The translations under genes were made by a program, and so were the position numbers. A stretch of 32,000 nt of DNA. Origin: Pyrodictium delaneyi. GTDB lineage: Archaea > Thermoproteota > Thermoprotei_A > Sulfolobales > Pyrodictiaceae. The notes beneath the pieces are model-generated. The model did no database searches. It was given only the letters and a program-made list of their open reading frames with translations, and had not been told where the DNA came from. The number at the start of each line of letters is the position of its first letter. The stretch's first letter is position 1. The stretch lies in NCBI RefSeq assembly GCF_001412615.1, contig NZ_CP013011.1:180001-212000 (forward strand), in the 5' to 3' direction. Shown one piece after another: positions 25,377 through 32,000 of the stretch.

Positions 25377-26198
25377 TTATGCTATGTAGGTCTTACTGAA
25401 CTTGGCCACAGCTGCTAGGGTGAACACGCCTGTCACTACTGCTAGTCCTAGCGCGTCTAGGGCTAGTGGTAGCGTGTGCACACCGTACATGAGCCCTCGG
25501 GTGAGGTCGACAGCGTAGGTCAGCGGGTTGACGTAGGCTATCGCCTTTACCCAACCGGGCAGCGGGTCCAGGGGGTAGAAGGCGCCGCTGAGGAACAGCA
25601 TAGGCATCATCACCAGGTTCACGACCATGTGGAAGCCCTCTGGGCTCTTCATCGAGAGCGCTATGAGCGTGCCTATGCTTGCGGAGGCGTAGGCGGCTAC
25701 GAGGGCGGCTGCTAGTCCTGCCAGTATCCCCCGCGGGCTCGTGTAGTCTGCTGCCAGCGAGACCAGCAGCGCCATCAAGGTACCCTGTATCATGGTGGCT
25801 AGGGTGTCCCCCGTTATGCGGCCGAGGAGCACGGCGCTACGCGGGGCCGGCGAGACTAGTATCTCCTTCAGGTAGCCGAACTCCCTGTCCCATATCACGC
25901 CTAGGCCGCTGCCGAAGCCACCGGTGAAGACAGTCATCACTATGATGCCTGGCGCTAGGTACTCGAGGTAGCTGAGCCCGCCAAACATACGTGTAGCCAT
26001 CGGCCCGAGCTGGTTGAAGGCAACGCTCCACCCGTAGCCGAAGAAGACTAGCCACATCAGCGGGAAGATCACCGCGTTCGCTACTCTGCTACGGGCGCCC
26101 CGGAAGCGCAGGAGCTGCCGGTAAGCCATAGCTGTGAATGCTTGGAGCCAGCTCGGCGAGCCCCGCTCCATGGCCTTCTCCTCCACACTCATGGCCAT
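25377..26198 (-). CDS. ABC-2 type exporter permease
   Basis: 273-aa six-helix-type membrane protein. It sits 5 nt downstream of an ABC ATPase, and the N-terminus AYRQLLRFRGARSRVANAVIFPLMWLVFFG is typical of the ABC-2 family. Confidence 0.8.
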   Translation of the reverse strand: MAMSVEEKAMERGSPSWLQAFTAMAYRQLLRFRGARSRVANAVIFPLMWLVFFGYGWSVAFNQLGPMATRMFGGLSYLEYLAPGIIVMTVFTGGFGSGLGVIWDREFGYLKEILVSPAPRSAVLLGRITGDTLATMIQGTLMALLVSLAADYTSPRGILAGLAAALVAAYASASIGTLIALSMKSPEGFHMVVNLVMMPMLFLSGAFYPLDPLPGWVKAIAYVNPLTYAVDLTRGLMYGVHTLPLALDALGLAVVTGVFTLAAVAKFSKTYIA

Positions 26199-26203
26199 CT
26201 TGT

Positions 26204-27202
26204 TTAGCCTCTCCGTGCGTGGATGCGTAGACGCATGTAGTCCCGCCAGTCTCCCTCCTCGTCGCGGAGGCTGCGCCCCGTGAGCCTGACAAACACGTCG
26301 TTGAGGCTGGGCCGGGTGTAGCGTACCTCACGCACCTCTAGCCCAGCAGCGCGGGCGGCTTCGAGGACCTGGGGTACGAGCCGAGGCGCGTCGCGGGCTA
26401 CGAGCACCACAGTGGAGCCGGCGACAGTCACCGTGTCGGCGAGGCTCTTCTCGCGGAGAAGCCTGGCGAGCCTCTCCGCGGACTCCCTGGTGTCGAGCGT
26501 GATGTATACCGTGTCGCCGCCTACGAGGCTCTTCAGCTCCTCCGGCGAGCCCTCCGCGATAATCCTACCGTGGTCTATTATCGCTATCCTGTCGCAGAGC
26601 CTCTCAGCCTCGTCCATGTAGTGTGTCGTGAGGAACACGGTTACGCCCTGGCGGCGTAGCCCCTCTATGACCTCCCATACCTTCATCCGGGCCTGGGGGT
26701 CGAGGCCGATGGTCGGCTCGTCGAGGAAGAGTACCTCGGGCTCATTGAGCAGCGCCCGGGCTATCTCTAGCCGCCTTATCATACCGCCGCTGAAGCTCCG
26801 TAACGGCCTGTGCATGTGCTCGCGGAGCCCGACGAGCTCTAGCAGCTCTGGTATACGCTGCTCGACTACGCGGCGAGGGAGCCCGTAGATAAGCCCGTGT
26901 ATCAACATGTTCTGCCACGCAGTAAGATCCCGGTCCACAGTAGGCTCCTGGAACACCACGCCTATCCGCTCCCGGACCCGCTGAGGCTCACGGAGCACAT
27001 CGTAGCCGGCTACCAGTGCGCGGCCGCCGCTAGGCCGTATCAGCGTGATGAGCATCCCTATGGTCGTGGTCTTCCCGGCCCCGTTGGGCCCGAGGAGCCC
27101 GTAGACTATGCCGTGCTTTACGCGGAAGCTTATCCCCTTTACCGCCTCGAACCCGTTGTAGCTCTTCCTTAGATCCTCAGCGACAACCACGTAGTTCTTC
27201 AT
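26204..27202 (-). CDS. ABC-2/DrrA-type exporter ATP-binding protein
   Basis: Walker A GPNGAGKTT, signature FSGGMIRR, Walker B LFLDEPTIGLD, H-loop LTTHYMDEA. Start set at ATG 27202 (MKNYVVVAEDLRKSY), because the 71-codon upstream extension looks spurious. Confidence 0.85.
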   Translation of the reverse strand: MKNYVVVAEDLRKSYNGFEAVKGISFRVKHGIVYGLLGPNGAGKTTTIGMLITLIRPSGGRALVAGYDVLREPQRVRERIGVVFQEPTVDRDLTAWQNMLIHGLIYGLPRRVVEQRIPELLELVGLREHMHRPLRSFSGGMIRRLEIARALLNEPEVLFLDEPTIGLDPQARMKVWEVIEGLRRQGVTVFLTTHYMDEAERLCDRIAIIDHGRIIAEGSPEELKSLVGGDTVYITLDTRESAERLARLLREKSLADTVTVAGSTVVLVARDAPRLVPQVLEAARAAGLEVREVRYTRPSLNDVFVRLTGRSLRDEEGDWRDYMRLRIHARRG

Positions 27203-27406
27203 GAACTCATGCCCCTTCCAGAGCCTCCCAGGGGCTAGCCCTCTAGGGGGTGGACCACTAAAACACATATCGGCAGTCGATACATCGACCGGGAATGCCT
27301 CTTCCACGTGATACCCGGGGAGTACAGGAAACCAGGCCAGCCCTAGGGCTAACTCGTCAAAACGTAACACCATAGAGATACAATATTCCCCGGGGCCAGA
27401 ACAGCC

Positions 27407-27625
27407 ATGAGACACAGCATAATACTCTACACGCCCAGCATAGACCAGGGCATAGAAAGGCTCGTAGAGAGGCTCCAGAAGCTCGGCTACAGGGTAGAGC
27501 TGCGCCGTGCAGCAGACGCCGACGCGCCGGCGCTAGAGGGCCCCTTTGGGATAGTAAGGGGCTCAAAGAACATCAGTATCGTTGTACGGCAGCTAGAGTT
27601 ACTAAAACATCGTGAAAGAAAATAG
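27407..27625 (+). CDS. Hypothetical small protein (72 aa)
   Basis: ATG ORF divergent from the ABC-2 exporter pair. No recognised motif. Confidence 0.4.
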   Translation: MRHSIILYTPSIDQGIERLVERLQKLGYRVELRRAADADAPALEGPFGIVRGSKNISIVVRQLELLKHRERK

Positions 27626-27642
27626 TCCTAGGCAGGAGATAG

Positions 27643-27974
27643 CTACTCCTTTCCTTCCTCGAGATCCCTTATACGTTCATCTATCTCCCGTATCTGCTCG
27701 TCAATCATCTTTCTTATAGTCTCTAGCCAGCGGCGCTGGGCTCTTAGCATCTCTAGCTTCATCTCTGGGTTAAGCCTGCCCCACGGCCCCGGGATAGGCG
27801 GTATAGCCTATAGCATCGGGGCGGCAGGTAATGGATGGCGAACTCGTCGGGCGACGGCGGTGAGGCTTCTTCGCCGCCGGTACCCTGTGGTTGCTTGCCT
27901 CTTCTTTTCCCGCGGCCCCAGCCATAGCCGTAGCCAGGGCCCTGCCAAGGCCACCAAGCCAAAACTCTACACAC
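27643..27974 (-). pseudogene. Small gene with a Gly/Trp/Arg-rich N-terminal part and a coiled-coil C-terminal part in different frames (frameshift, sequencing error, or two short ORFs)
   Basis: Frame A (27759-27974) reads ..AWWPWQGPGYGYGWGRGKRRGK... The frame ending at TAG 27643-27645 reads ..IPPIPGPWGRLNPEMKLEMLRAQRRWLETIRKMIDEQIREIDERIRDLEEGKE but is blocked upstream by TAG at 27808-27810. TATATA at 28015-28020 lies about 40 nt upstream of GTG 27974. Confidence 0.35.
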
Positions 27975-28101
27975 CAGACAGGTAGTACCAGACTAATACA
28001 ACACAAGTAAACAGTATATACATGTGTGCCCGGCAAGAACCCTTGGGGTCTGAACGTCATTTTGCGAGAGTTAGGATCTTTGCTTCCCTACAGATACTAG
28101 G

Positions 28102-28109
28102 TATTATAA
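28102..28109 (+). promoter_or_regulatory. TATA-like element (TATTATAA) upstream of the QueF-like gene
   Basis: About 37 nt upstream of ATG 28146. Confidence 0.35.
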
Positions 28110-28145
28110 TCTGGTTTTAGGTAACGTAGCTCTCCGGGGCTGGTG

Positions 28146-28484
28146 ATGGCAGAAATCCGCGTCGTCCAGGGAGCTGAAGCAATTAGCAGGGTCACGCTCC
28201 GCTCGGTAATAGAGGCTGTTTGCCCGTTGACTGGACTGGTAGACCGCTACAATGTCGAGGTAGAGTATAGTCCTGGGGAGGAGAGGCTCTACATAGAGGC
28301 CTATAGCTTCCAGGAGTACCTCGAGAGCTACCGCGGTAAGAGAATATACCAGGAGGAGCTGGCAGCCAAGATAGCACACGATGTCTGCCGTGCAGCCCAG
28401 CCTCGCTGGGTCAGGGTAACTCTTGTTGGAACTCACGGCTCTGTCGAGATAGAAGCTGAGCACCGGATAGAATGTGAGAAATAA
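28146..28484 (+). CDS. QueF-like T-fold protein (crenarchaeal-type archaeosine synthase / preQ0 amidinotransferase candidate)
   Basis: About 112 aa with the catalytic-Cys motif VCPLTGLVDRYNVEVEYSP and the QueF-type strand order. The NADPH-binding QueF motif E(S/L)K(S/A)hK(L/Y)(Y/F/W) is replaced by IEAYSFQEYL. A GTG at 28143 is also possible. Confidence 0.7.
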   Translation: MAEIRVVQGAEAISRVTLRSVIEAVCPLTGLVDRYNVEVEYSPGEERLYIEAYSFQEYLESYRGKRIYQEELAAKIAHDVCRAAQPRWVRVTLVGTHGSVEIEAEHRIECEK

Positions 28485-28542
28485 AGCGTAGAAGACTTAG
28501 TGCGGGGAATAGTGTATTAACAAAGAGTACGGTGTAACATGC

Positions 28543-29271
28543 GTGGCTAAGGCTGTAATCCTCGCTGGTGGTTTTGGTAAGAGGCTTCGTCCCCTCACCG
28601 AGGACCGGCCGAAGCCTCTAGTCGATGTCGCGGGGAGGCCGATAATCGAGTGGCAGATACTCTGGCTCCGCAGTCACGGGGTACGAGAGTTTGTTATCCT
28701 CCTTGGCTACAAGTGGGAGCGGCTCGTGGAGAGGCTGGGTAGTGGCCAACGGCTAGGCGTAAGAATAGCCTATGTGGTCGAAGATGAGCCCCTTGGGACG
28801 GGGGGCGCGATTAAGAACGCTGAGCACCTCCTAAAGGGCGAAGACTACTTCATAGTCTTGAACGGTGACATAATAACAAACCTCGATGTCAACAGGCTGG
28901 TCGCAAAGCTGGCAAACAGCAAGGACGCACTAGTAGCTATGGCGCTCGTACCGCTCCGCAGTCCCTACGGCGTAGTAGAGCTAGACCAGGAAGACCACAT
29001 AGTAAGGTTCGTCGAGAAGCCGACGCTAGACTACTGGATAAATGCAGGCGTCTACGCCATGAAGCCCGGAGTCCTCGACTACCTGCCTGAGAAGGGCGAC
29101 ATCGAGCGTACCGCGTTCCCCCGGCTAGCGGAGGAGCGTCGCATCCTAGGAGAACGATTCACAGACGCCTACTGGCGCAGTATCGATACGATAAAGGACC
29201 TCGAAGAGGCGGCTAGGCAGATAGAGGCTCTCCGTTTTGAGGAAAAATTCGCCCAGGAGGACAAAGGCTAG
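28543..29271 (+). CDS. Sugar-1-phosphate nucleotidylyltransferase (NTP_transferase family)
   Basis: N-terminal [34 protein letters not shown], then EPLGTGGAI and VLNGDI. GTG start. Confidence 0.85.
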   Translation: MAKAVILAGGFGKRLRPLTEDRPKPLVDVAGRPIIEWQILWLRSHGVREFVILLGYKWERLVERLGSGQRLGVRIAYVVEDEPLGTGGAIKNAEHLLKGEDYFIVLNGDIITNLDVNRLVAKLANSKDALVAMALVPLRSPYGVVELDQEDHIVRFVEKPTLDYWINAGVYAMKPGVLDYLPEKGDIERTAFPRLAEERRILGERFTDAYWRSIDTIKDLEEAARQIEALRFEEKFAQEDKG

Positions 29272-29561
29272 CTTTCCTGTTTCTTCTCGGCCTCTTCTAG
29301 CTCCTTCTCAAGCCTCTTGAGCTCCTCCTCTAGCTCCCGCTCTATCTCCTCTATGGGCTTTGGCGGTGGCGTGGTAGCTAGTGTGTAGCCTATCCAGGCC
29401 AGTATCCCGAAGACTCCAGCGACGGCGATAAATGCTGTCAACTTTAGCAGGAACATGTCGATGCCTGGACGTGGTGGCGCGAATAGTAGCCAGCCATACA
29501 CGAGTATAACCAGTATCGACACTACCACGAGCAGCGTGCCCACAGTCTTGTCGGAAGCCAT
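29268..29561 (-). CDS. Small two-TM membrane protein with a charged coiled-coil tail
   Basis: TM segments [19 protein letters not shown] and [19 protein letters not shown], then [36 protein letters not shown] start at 29561. Confidence 0.55.
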   Translation of the reverse strand: MASDKTVGTLLVVVSILVILVYGWLLFAPPRPGIDMFLLKLTAFIAVAGVFGILAWIGYTLATTPPPKPIEEIERELEEELKRLEKELEEAEKKQES

Positions 29562-29648
29562 TTCTCTCCACCGCTTAGACGTGCATAGAACCTATGTTAT
29601 AAAATCCTTCCAGCAGCTAGCCCGGGCCCTCTAGGGGCCCTGAGAGCA

Positions 29649-30098
29649 ATGACTGAGAAGCCACTATTCACAGCCCGGTACCGCGTGCATTGGAGCGAGA
29701 CGGACGCGGCGGGGATAATGCACTTCAGCAACTTCTTCCGCGTCCTCGAGCGCTGCGAGGAAGACCTCCTAGCCAGCCTCGGACTCATAGACAGGGTCAT
29801 AGGCCACGGCATACCACCCATCGCGTTCCCCAGGGTCCACGCCGAGTGCCGCTATACTGCTCCACTACGGCTCGCAGACGCCTATCGCGTCGAGATAACA
29901 GGGATAGAGCTGGGCAGGACAAGCATAACCTACAGGTTCCGAATAGTCAACGAGACCCTAGGCAAGGTCTCAGCAGAGTGCAGCATAGTAGCAGTAGCCT
30001 ACAGCATCCACGAGGGCAAGACTATACCCATTCCCGAGGAGATGAGGAAGAAGCTACTCGATATAGGAGCAGTCGAGAAAAACAGGGAAGGAGGCTAG
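29649..30098 (+). CDS. Hotdog-fold acyl-CoA thioesterase (4HBT/YbgC-like)
   Basis: The N-terminal motif YRVHWSETDAAGIMHFSNFFRVLERCEEDLL is typical of YbgC/4HBT thioesterases. 149 aa. Confidence 0.8.
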   Translation: MTEKPLFTARYRVHWSETDAAGIMHFSNFFRVLERCEEDLLASLGLIDRVIGHGIPPIAFPRVHAECRYTAPLRLADAYRVEITGIELGRTSITYRFRIVNETLGKVSAECSIVAVAYSIHEGKTIPIPEEMRKKLLDIGAVEKNREGG

Positions 30099-32000
30099 CT
30101 CTTCCCCGGCTCCCCTGCTATAACGACTTCCACCGGCTCTATGTAGGGCCTATCCTCCGGCCCCAGCCTGACGATGCCGATAACCGTTACCTTCTCGTCC
30201 TTCCCGGGCACCGGGCCCATGATGGCTGCCACGTATATCCTCCTAGTACCGTCGTCGAGGACCCAGTCGCTCCGAGTGACTGGCGGCGGCTCGTCTAGCC
30301 CAGTCCAGCGCAGAGACACTCCCCTAACGACTACGGGCTTGCCGCTGTAGCTCTCCGGGTTTGCACGTATATCGCGTACTGTGACCTCTGTGGGCCGGGG
30401 CGCGTAGGCTATGGGCTCTAGCGTCTCAGCGTCATATGCCTTTACCCTGGGGTAGCTCTCGGGCGCTACCGTGTACAACGTGTCGCCTATGTATAGGCTC
30501 CTCGCCGCGCCCATATGGAGTAGCAGTGCTCTCAGCTCTAGGTCGCCCCTCTCCGTGTCTAGCTTTACTATTGCTACCCCGTTCCTCCTAGCACCGATCT
30601 CGGCGATGCCCTCTGGTGTCTCGCGGTACTCCTGGCTCCAGCCCTCTACGGGTATCATTACGTAGCCATGGCGCATGTCGAGGGTGAAGGCGCGGTGGCC
30701 CCAGCGCGGGTCTAGCACATGGCTCCAGGCATACCTCCAGTCGCCTCCTATGTACACCCGGTCTAGCACCTTTATCTTAGCGTCCCCCATCACCTTGTAT
30801 AGGCTGATGCGCACCTTGGAGTCCTCGCGGCCGACTCCTATCAGCAGCGTGTTGTTGACTGGGTGGAGGTACTCGTCGAAGCCTGGTGCCTCGATGTAGC
30901 CTAGGACTCGTGGCTTCCTGGGGTCGGCGAGGTCGATGACGAAGAGAGGGTCTATCTGCCGGAAGGTTACCAGGTATAGCCTGGGGCCTAGAAACCGGGC
31001 AGCGTGCACTCTCTCGTTGAGCACTATCTCGTCTACACGGCCTATCTCGTCAAGGGTCTCGGCATCCAGTATGTAGAGGCCTACCCGCGTCCTCCACTGT
31101 TTATCACTCCAGTCCTGTTCCTCTACAACTATCCTTAGCGTGCCGTTATACTCGTCTATCATCCACTGCTTCCGGGCGATACCGGGTATCACAGTGCTGG
31201 CCTCCGGCTCTAGCCGGGGCCCCGGCTCTACAGAGACCCCTACGAGGAGGCTCTTCGTGCCCCGCGGCTGGGCTTTTTCCATCCTCTCGGCTATCTCCGC
31301 GAGGGTGGCGTTTACGCGGTCTCCTAGGATGGCGTGTAGCTCCTCTATACCGGGCAGTACTAGGTAGAGACTCCCGGTAGCGGACATGTACATGGTGGAG
31401 GGCGGTGCGCCCACTATGGTCAGCGTCGCTGCGCTCCCGGTGTCGAGGCTGAACGCCGCTACTATAGTCTCTATGGGCTCTAGGCTAGCCACTATAGGTG
31501 GCTCTGGCACAGGTATAATCCTGGCGGCCCCAGCGTCGGCTTCCAGTATGACGGGTCTCACGATCATGGAGGCCTCTGTGACCAGTACCAGGGTCTGGTT
31601 GTAGAGGCGTGCGTCGTAGAACCTGCCTGTTATGCTCCGCATCCACCGCAGCTTCATGCTGGTATCGAGGCTTATTACCCATGTGCGGCTCTCTAGCGGC
31701 CAGGGGCTCCGGTACTCATCGGCGATGACCACTAGCCCGTCCTCGGTCATGTAGACGCCTCTAACGACTATATGGTGCTGTACTGGGGCCACGGGCTCGG
31801 TGTACCCGCTACCCGATACGAGTACGAGATTCTCGTCGCCGACAATCTCGAGTACTGCTTTGCGTATGTCGTAGACAGCGGCTAGGCTGAGGCTCCCGGC
31901 AGGGTAGGCCCGGTATAGCTCAACGACGTCCCTGTGCAGCACGGCTATGTGTGTCCTGTTGGTCTTCACTACGTCTGGTTCATCGATGCCGGCTACCTGG
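30095..32000 (-). CDS. Beta-propeller domain secreted protein (Beta_propel family), 5'-partial at the window edge
   Basis: The hallmark motifs are DPLFVIDLADPRKPRVLGYIEAPGFDEYLHPVNNTLLIGVG and, at the window edge, ..QVAGIDEPDVVKTN. The frame stays open to base 32000, so the N-terminus lies outside the window. Confidence 0.8.
   Translation of the reverse strand, partial: QVAGIDEPDVVKTNRTHIAVLHRDVVELYRAYPAGSLSLAAVYDIRKAVLEIVGDENLVLVSGSGYTEPVAPVQHHIVVRGVYMTEDGLVVIADEYRSPWPLESRTWVISLDTSMKLRWMRSITGRFYDARLYNQTLVLVTEASMIVRPVILEADAGAARIIPVPEPPIVASLEPIETIVAAFSLDTGSAATLTIVGAPPSTMYMSATGSLYLVLPGIEELHAILGDRVNATLAEIAERMEKAQPRGTKSLLVGVSVEPGPRLEPEASTVIPGIARKQWMIDEYNGTLRIVVEEQDWSDKQWRTRVGLYILDAETLDEIGRVDEIVLNERVHAARFLGPRLYLVTFRQIDPLFVIDLADPRKPRVLGYIEAPGFDEYLHPVNNTLLIGVGREDSKVRISLYKVMGDAKIKVLDRVYIGGDWRYAWSHVLDPRWGHRAFTLDMRHGYVMIPVEGWSQEYRETPEGIAEIGARRNGVAIVKLDTERGDLELRALLLHMGAARSLYIGDTLYTVAPESYPRVKAYDAETLEPIAYAPRPTEVTVRDIRANPESYSGKPVVVRGVSLRWTGLDEPPPVTRSDWVLDDGTRRIYVAAIMGPVPGKDEKVTVIGIVRLGPEDRPYIEPVEVVIAGEPGKS

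Noticed and set aside
27770-28060. 96-aa minus-strand ORF spanning the TATATA element at 28015
   Set aside because: It runs through the likely promoter of the small gene, and its sequence (..CCISLVLPVWCVEFW..) has no support. It is treated as the third frame of the frameshift region.
29690-30298. 202-aa Arg/Pro/Gln-rich ORF overlapping the thioesterase gene and crossing into the beta-propeller gene
   Set aside because: It is an alternative frame of a confidently identified thioesterase. Its low-complexity RP-rich composition is typical of off-frame translation, and it crosses a convergent gene boundary.
1-32000. tRNA, rRNA, CRISPR repeats, IS elements or integrases anywhere in the window
   Set aside because: Scanning the few intergenic regions by eye revealed no T-loop (GGTTCRAATCC-type) motif, no regularly spaced 24-37-nt repeats and no transposase- or integrase-like ORF. 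tRNAscan or a CRISPR finder should confirm this.

Overview
This is a dense, protein-coding chromosomal window with about 33 CDS. I found no rRNA, tRNA, CRISPR array, integrase or transposase. The gene content suggests a hyperthermophilic crenarchaeon: a QueF-like archaeosine enzyme, a ThiD-ThiN fusion, Thi4, membrane-anchored binding proteins with Thr/Pro linkers, sequon-rich secreted proteins, A/T-rich TATA-type promoters and frequent GTG/TTG starts. That taxonomic placement is an inference.

Gene order:
- 11-4905 (+): a five-gene MoxR AAA+/DUF58 membrane module.
- 4902-6293 (-): a sequon-rich secreted protein.
- 6529-13717 (-): a Liv/HAAT-type ABC importer operon, livG, acyl-CoA synthetase, livH, livM, livK, livF.
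- 14025-15485 (+): a divergent ANL-ligase paralog with a degenerate P-loop and no C-terminal lysine motif.
- 15480-16120: a short low-GC two-ORF islet.
- 16213-22217 (-): a peptide-type ABC transporter split into oppF+DUF711 and oppB-oppC-oppD. An opposite-strand methyltransferase separates the two halves, and no binding-protein gene is present.
- 22589-25361: a TRASH zinc-finger mini-protein, then divergent thi4 and thiDN.
- 25377-27202 (-): an ABC-2 exporter pair.
- 27643-27974 (-): a small gene that appears frameshifted.
- 28146-32000: a QueF-like protein, a sugar nucleotidyltransferase, a small membrane protein, a hotdog thioesterase and a 5'-partial beta-propeller secreted protein.

Best candidates for something undescribed:
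- The low-GC block 15480-18500, which holds the orphan two-gene islet, the truncated ligase junction and DUF711 coupled to oppF.
- The MoxR/DUF58 module with three uncharacterised membrane partners.

All product calls rest on motifs I recognised by eye. No database search was run.
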